From the NCBI GenBank assembly GCA_021818465.1, contig JAKAEA010000001.1:235662-299661 (forward strand): DNA of 64,000 bases. Reading direction: 5' to 3'. The first letter of the stretch is position 1; each line of letters opens with the position of its first letter. The notes under the pieces are model-generated. The model saw only the letters and a list, made by a program, of their open reading frames with translations, was not told the origin of the DNA and did not search any database. The position numbers and the translations under genes are program-made. This DNA comes from a bacterium (GTDB taxonomy: Bacteria; Patescibacteriota; Minisyncoccia; Phycocordibacterales; JAKAEA01). This document shows positions 58,872 through 64,000 of this stretch, piece after piece.

Positions 58872-60188
58872 CTATTTAATTTTTGATCTTCGCAAGAACG
58901 CAGGAATGGCGTTCCAATCATCACTTTCATCTGGTTTTTTATCGTCTTTTATATCTATTTTTGTTTCAGTTTTTGGAATTGGTCGGGTATTAATAGGGTT
59001 AGGGGTGATGCTATTAAAAATACGGGCGCGATCTTTTTCTTTATCAGTGTGTTCAATAGATTCGTTTAACGTGCTCGTTACAACAGTAGAACGGCCTCCA
59101 AAAAAGCTCGCAATACCATTACTCGATTTTTCGCTATCGATAGTTTTTTCATCAGCAGAAGCAGATGTTTTCTTTTCTGGTGATACACGCTCTACTTTGC
59201 TGTCACGAATATCAGAAAAACGGCGATTGTTGGGCTCTGGAAAGCCGGAAGCAATAACGGTCACTTTTAATTCGCCTTTTTTAATATTTTCATCGCGAAT
59301 AGAACCGAATATGATTTTTGCATTTGGATCGGCAGATTCGGTAATAATTTTAGCGGCATCTTGAATTTCAAACATGGTGACATCGTCGCTGCCAGCAATA
59401 GAAAATAAAATACCTTTGGCGCCATGAATGGAAATATCCAAAAGAGGGGAATTAATAGCAGCTTTAGCGGCTTCCTCAGCTCGTTTTTCGCCCGAACCAA
59501 TACCGACGCCCATTAAGGCTGAGCCGGCATTATCCAGCACGGCGCGCACGTCGGCAAAGTCAACGTTAATGTCGCCTGGTGTGGTGATTAAATCAGAAAT
59601 TCCTTGAACGGCCTGACGTAACACCTCGTCGCACATCGCGAATGCATTGCGAGCGGTGGTTTCTTTGCTGACCGTGCTTAAAATACGATCATTAGGGATG
59701 ATAATGATAGCATCAACAGTTTTTCGTAGCTCTTCTATTGCTTGCTCGGCGATACGCATACGTTGTTGACCCTCAAAGAAAAAAGGTTTGGTTACTACGG
59801 CAACAGTAAGTGCTCCCATTTCTTTAGCAACTTTGGCGATAACTGGAGCGGAACCGCTGAATGTACCACCGCCCGGGCCCCCAGTAAGGAAAATCATATC
59901 AGCGCCTTTCAGAGCTTCTTGAATTTCTTCTTTAGTTTCTTCAGCTGCGCGTTTGCCAAGTTCGGGATTCATGCCAGCCCCAAGACCACGAGTGACATTT
60001 TTTCCAATATGAATTTTCTTTTTGGCAAGAGAATGATGGAGATCTTGCGCATCGGTGTTAATAGCAATGAACTCGATACCATCAACCTTTGAACTTATCA
60101 TATGGTTAACAGCATTTTTGCCAGAACCGCCGGCACCGACGACGCGAATTCGAGCAAATGTTTCAACTTCTGGTTTTATTTGAGGCAT
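58872..60188 (-). CDS. ftsZ: cell division GTPase FtsZ
   Basis: [15 protein letters not shown] and a [12 protein letters not shown] tubulin-like signature. Long disordered C-terminal linker. Confidence 0.9.
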   Translation of the reverse strand: MPQIKPEVETFARIRVVGAGGSGKNAVNHMISSKVDGIEFIAINTDAQDLHHSLAKKKIHIGKNVTRGLGAGMNPELGKRAAEETKEEIQEALKGADMIFLTGGPGGGTFSGSAPVIAKVAKEMGALTVAVVTKPFFFEGQQRMRIAEQAIEELRKTVDAIIIIPNDRILSTVSKETTARNAFAMCDEVLRQAVQGISDLITTPGDINVDFADVRAVLDNAGSALMGVGIGSGEKRAEEAAKAAINSPLLDISIHGAKGILFSIAGSDDVTMFEIQDAAKIITESADPNAKIIFGSIRDENIKKGELKVTVIASGFPEPNNRRFSDIRDSKVERVSPEKKTSASADEKTIDSEKSSNGIASFFGGRSTVVTSTLNESIEHTDKEKDRARIFNSITPNPINTRPIPKTETKIDIKDDKKPDESDDWNAIPAFLRRSKIK

Positions 60189-60286
60189 ACGTTTTTGGTG
60201 GTTATAGTACCACCGATATAAAAAGAAAACACTTGATTTTTAAAAAAATCGTGCTGTGCTTAAGAACAGGTCGATATGCAGCTATT

Positions 60287-61507
60287 TTATGGCATAAATT
60301 GCCGCAACCACTCCCAAAAACTCTTACGTGCTTGACCGATAATTTTTATACCCATCGATGATTCGTTTTCTTGAGTAAGGCCAAGAATAGCTAGGCCGTG
60401 AGCAGTGCTCCAGAGCGTTTCAGGTAGACCGTGACGATCGGCATCAAACGCTGGGCGAGCAATTTTTGCTGGAATTTTTAATACTGACCGAGCAAGATTT
60501 TCAATGTCAGCACTCATCGCACCACCGCCCGTTAGTATGATACCTGCTGGCAACAATCCCGAACGCCCAATTTTTTTAAGATGTCCTTCTATAAGTTCAA
60601 ATATGTCGTGCATTCGAGCCTCTATAATTTCATCAAGTTTCTTTTTTGAATACGAGAGGCCACTTGGTGTAGTCCATGTATGCATCGTTGAGTTTATATT
60701 TGAACCAGCGGTAATTTTTATCTTTTCTGCTTCTTCAATAGGAATTTTTAAACCAAGGGCGATATCGTGGGTGATGTCGGTTGAACCGATAGGAAACACT
60801 TCAAGTGAAATAGGAATATTGTTTTCAAAAACAGCAATAGAAACGGTTTCTGAGCCGATGGTTGCCAATACGCAACCAGCAATTTTTTGTGTCTTGCTGA
60901 GTGTGACAAGACCAGCTGCTAGTGGACCGGCATACACATCTTCTATTTCCAAACCAGCATCATCAAACACCTGTAACATATCAAGAAGATGTTGTTCGAT
61001 GGTGGTAATAAAGAGAGTGCGGGCTTCCAATTTCATACCTTTCATACCCTGCGGTCGACCTAAAACTATTTTGCCATCTATTTTATATGAAAGGGGGATA
61101 GCGTGAATGATTTTACGATTGAGCGAGAATGAGTTGGGTAAATCGTGCTCACTTATCTCTAAAGCTTTATTAACATCTAAATCGCCAACTTCAGCATCGC
61201 CGCGCGATACCGTTACTGATCCTAAGCTGGCCAAAGCGGCCAAGCCGATACCATTCGCTGAAACAAAGGCACGTTTGAGGGTTACCCCTGCTATTTTTTC
61301 CGCTTGACGTACTGCGGCGCTAACCGAACGAGCTGCATCGGAAATACTCATCACATAGCCATGTCGTAAGCCACGGGTTTCGGCCCAGCCAGTGGCAATA
61401 AGCTTCGGTGCCACTTTGTTGGTTATCCGATCGTGGACAAGCTCTGCCACCACGACTTTTACGCCGCTGGTGCCGAGGTCTATGCCGGTTGTTATTGTTC
61501 GTGCCAC
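60287..61507 (-). CDS. ftsA: cell division protein FtsA
   Basis: Actin-like ATPase fold (GIDLGTSGVKVVV). Located upstream of ftsZ. Confidence 0.85.
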   Translation of the reverse strand: MARTITTGIDLGTSGVKVVVAELVHDRITNKVAPKLIATGWAETRGLRHGYVMSISDAARSVSAAVRQAEKIAGVTLKRAFVSANGIGLAALASLGSVTVSRGDAEVGDLDVNKALEISEHDLPNSFSLNRKIIHAIPLSYKIDGKIVLGRPQGMKGMKLEARTLFITTIEQHLLDMLQVFDDAGLEIEDVYAGPLAAGLVTLSKTQKIAGCVLATIGSETVSIAVFENNIPISLEVFPIGSTDITHDIALGLKIPIEEAEKIKITAGSNINSTMHTWTTPSGLSYSKKKLDEIIEARMHDIFELIEGHLKKIGRSGLLPAGIILTGGGAMSADIENLARSVLKIPAKIARPAFDADRHGLPETLWSTAHGLAILGLTQENESSMGIKIIGQARKSFWEWLRQFMP

Positions 61508-61911
61508 AGGTTGCCGAGCTTGAGGTTAAACAGCGCACAGTACTCTTGCTCTTTATGCTCCATTGTAGCGCCGTGGTCGAAACCTTTCAAATGCAATAAA
61601 CCGTGGATAAATAAAAAATAGATATAATCGTTCATTGGTACGCCTAGTATCGTTGCTTCTTTTTTTGCGATTGCGGGGCAGATAAGTATTTGACCACTGC
61701 TAGTATCAAAAGGAAAACTCAAAACATTCGTCGGCTTATTTTTGGCGCGGTATGTTTTATTGGCGTGGTGAGATTGGCGCGGTGAGACAAAACTTATATC
61801 TAGATCGTATGCGTTACCAAGTACCGTCCGTTTAATAGCAGCGAACTTTTTTTTAATTTGTGGAGCTATGGTACTAGGTGAAAAACCAGGCACGAATTTA
61901 GTGACGAGCAA
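61492..61911 (-). CDS. ybeY: rRNA maturation endoribonuclease YbeY
   Basis: HGLLHLKGFDH zinc-binding motif. Confidence 0.8.
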   Translation of the reverse strand: MLVTKFVPGFSPSTIAPQIKKKFAAIKRTVLGNAYDLDISFVSPRQSHHANKTYRAKNKPTNVLSFPFDTSSGQILICPAIAKKEATILGVPMNDYIYFLFIHGLLHLKGFDHGATMEHKEQEYCALFNLKLGNLWHEQ

Positions 61912-62137
61912 TTGGCTCGGCGATTTTTCCGAGTTTGGTCAAACGTTCGCGTTCGGTGCGGCGTGACAAAACCTTAAGAGCACGTTTCTTGCGAACATAA
62001 CGGGATTCGGTGCGTTTTGCGTAACGAATACCTCGTACGCGTGGCAAAATTCCCGCTCCTTGGACGCGGCGAGTGAAGCGTTTTAGAACACCCATCGGAT
62101 TTTCGGTACCAGTTTTTTGGACTTCAACATTTATCAT
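61898..62137 (-). CDS. rpsU: 30S ribosomal protein S21 (probable)
   Basis: A 79-aa basic protein with an S21-like pattern (VLKRFTRRVQGAGIL...RYAKRTESR). Confidence 0.5.
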   Translation of the reverse strand: MINVEVQKTGTENPMGVLKRFTRRVQGAGILPRVRGIRYAKRTESRYVRKKRALKVLSRRTERERLTKLGKIAEPIARH

Positions 62138-62187
62138 GAGCGAATACTATACCAGAAGCGGTATGACTATGCAAGAATATAGCCTCA

Positions 62188-63447
62188 TTATTTCTTAATG
62201 AGATTTTTTAAATATTCAGCAAGACGATTGAGTGGTACGGTTTCTTGAGAACGTGTTCGCATATGACGAATGAGGATGGTGCCATCAACGCTTTCTTTTT
62301 GGCCCATAATAAGAATATAAGGAACTCCAAGATATTCAGCACTTCCAAGTTGCACAGCCATAGTGTCTTTAAGTAACGCGTGATATACAGCAATTTTTGC
62401 TCGACGTAAATTTTCTATAATAGTGAGACTTTTAAGTAGGGCATCGTAGCCGATATGAATAAAGTAAAATAGGGGCGTGGACATTTTTTTGATTCGGGTT
62501 TCGCGATTGTTTTTGTGTATAGGAATTTTAACAATAGCACTTGTACCGAGTACATCTTTTTTGAAACCCATGCGCCGGGCAAGGCCACCCCAGCGGGCGC
62601 CACGAGCTATGACAATGGAGTGGTCCGCTGAGGACGTTTCATTTTTTTCAGTCACTGGTTGATCAAGAGAAACACGAAAAATAGTGTGTTGGACAATGTC
62701 TGGTTCAACAACAAGTTGTTTATCAAAAATATATGGCGTCTCAGCTGCCTCTAAACGTTCAAGGACGCGCATAAAATGATTTCGAGATGGTTCAGAAAGA
62801 AATCCAACAGATTCAGGCATTGTTGCGCGAGCATTTTGACACTCTGTGTGTTTACAATCAATTGGCGCGAACGAACTTTTTTTAAAATTTTGCCGACAGT
62901 CAGCGTGGAGTTCGTTTAGGTGGCGGTGAAAGTGGGCGGTGATATCTCGCGAAAATCTATTAAATGATTCACGCTCGCCAACGCTGTTGATTTTTAAAAC
63001 AATCTCGCTTTTGGTGGGGATTGAGTAGGAATGTTCACGAGCAATTTCATAGCAAAGTTTTATAAGTAACGTTTCTGCTGTTGGTTCGGCGGTGCCAATG
63101 ATATCAATATGATATTCAGCTTGAATATACTCACCACGACCGATTGTTTTTTCTGAAAATAAAGCGACAGGGTTTGCCGTAGCCGCTCGAGAAAAATACT
63201 GACGTAGAAGAGCAATTTTTTCAGGTATGGAGAAAAGTATACCAATTCGATCAGAAAATTCACTAGCAAGTCGTTCGTCTTGTTTTTCTAACTTAGGAGT
63301 GTGTTCAAGAGGGAAAAAACCGTAATAGCGAGCCATTTCAGGGACCATAGTTGTCGTTTTATAATCCCAAGATTTTTCTGGTTTGTGGACAGGTTGCTGC
63401 TTTAGCGTAATCACTGGTTTTACTTTGTGTTTTTCCGCTGTAGGCAT
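62188..63447 (-). CDS. hisS: class II aminoacyl-tRNA synthetase, histidyl-tRNA synthetase-like with C-terminal anticodon-binding domain
   Basis: Insertion and motif-3 regions align with HisRS (ARGARWGGLARRMG matches GGRYDGL). HGTP anticodon-binding domain at the C-terminus. The N-terminal ~100 aa are divergent. Confidence 0.55.
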   Translation of the reverse strand: MPTAEKHKVKPVITLKQQPVHKPEKSWDYKTTTMVPEMARYYGFFPLEHTPKLEKQDERLASEFSDRIGILFSIPEKIALLRQYFSRAATANPVALFSEKTIGRGEYIQAEYHIDIIGTAEPTAETLLIKLCYEIAREHSYSIPTKSEIVLKINSVGERESFNRFSRDITAHFHRHLNELHADCRQNFKKSSFAPIDCKHTECQNARATMPESVGFLSEPSRNHFMRVLERLEAAETPYIFDKQLVVEPDIVQHTIFRVSLDQPVTEKNETSSADHSIVIARGARWGGLARRMGFKKDVLGTSAIVKIPIHKNNRETRIKKMSTPLFYFIHIGYDALLKSLTIIENLRRAKIAVYHALLKDTMAVQLGSAEYLGVPYILIMGQKESVDGTILIRHMRTRSQETVPLNRLAEYLKNLIKK

Positions 63448-63486
63448 TGTATGGATTTGTTATTTTTTAAAAAGTGTAACTGCTAC

Positions 63487-64000
63487 TCAATTTTGTTCCC
63501 CAGTAGGTTCGGTGTATGTACCGGGCGAGACGCCTAGAGAACTGAATGGATACAGTCTAAAGAGTGGCGTACCAACAATGAGGTTGCGAGGCACTGGTCC
63601 CCATGCTCGAGAATCAGAGCTGGCATGTCGGTTGTCACCCATAACAAAATATTGGTTAGGACCAAGCGTTACCGTCATCATGTTTTGACTTTGATCGGCT
63701 GGAAGGACATAGGGTTCATTAAGGGTAAAGCTCGTGGTGCAGCCTGGAGGGTTTTTACACACGGTTACTTTAGAGCCAGTCAATGTTAATTTTTCACCCG
63801 GTAAACCGATAACTCTTTTGATAAAATATTGGCTAGGATCAAGGGGGTATCTGAATATAATAATATCGCCGCGTTGGGGGTTACTGAAATGGTAGCTGAG
63901 TTCGTTAACAATAAGATACTGGCCATTTTTAAATGTTGGATACATTGATGAGCCGCTGACCACGAATGGTTGGGCAACATACATTCTGATGGGGATGACA
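63487..64000 (-). CDS. lepB: signal peptidase I (5' end beyond window)
   Basis: SGSSMYPT (SxSMxPT), KRVIGLPGE, GDNRHASSDSR. The reading frame stays open upstream of the listed Met to the window edge. Confidence 0.85.
   Translation of the reverse strand, partial: VIPIRMYVAQPFVVSGSSMYPTFKNGQYLIVNELSYHFSNPQRGDIIIFRYPLDPSQYFIKRVIGLPGEKLTLTGSKVTVCKNPPGCTTSFTLNEPYVLPADQSQNMMTVTLGPNQYFVMGDNRHASSDSRAWGPVPRNLIVGTPLFRLYPFSSLGVSPGTYTEPTGEQN

Overview
This 64-kb window is a compact, gene-dense bacterial chromosome segment with short intergenic spacers and many overlapping start/stop codons. TGA is used as a stop codon, so genetic code 11 applies. The gene content is typical of a small-genome monoderm bacterium, possibly Patescibacteria/CPR-like, although this cannot be proven from the sequence alone. 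Housekeeping genes recognisable from conserved motifs include secA, eno, gpmI, obg, gatB, the RNase P RNA, murJ, lepA, a MacAB-like efflux set, valS, tsaD, trxB, ftsZ, ftsA, ybeY, rpsU, a hisS-like gene, lepB, a class II (B12-dependent) ribonucleotide reductase with a PduO-type adenosyltransferase, and seven tRNAs. There are three ECF sigma factors, each followed by a small membrane protein, and a sortase with an adjacent surface substrate. An FMN-binding protein, an ApbE flavin transferase and a membrane FNR-like reductase form an extracytoplasmic flavinylation/electron-transfer module. The most unusual region is a visibly AT-rich ~7.8-kb island (about 11.64-19.43 kb). It carries a PaaK-like adenylating enzyme, an SDR, an E1-like ThiF protein with an N-terminal extension, a divergent TrmB regulator, a 34-aa Gly/Ser-rich peptide gene with a perfect RBS and its own terminator (absent from the ORF track), a NUDIX hydrolase, an Acg-type nitroreductase-like protein, and a sensor kinase whose catalytic half switches abruptly to high GC. 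I rank this island as the best candidate for an undescribed peptide/small-molecule modification system, with explicit caveats because no YcaO was found. Other notable items are a 40-bp exact tandem repeat (3.3 copies) seeded from the 5' end of tRNA-Val, paired palindromic operator-like sites, and a MacA-like adaptor whose membrane anchor lies upstream of its first canonical start.
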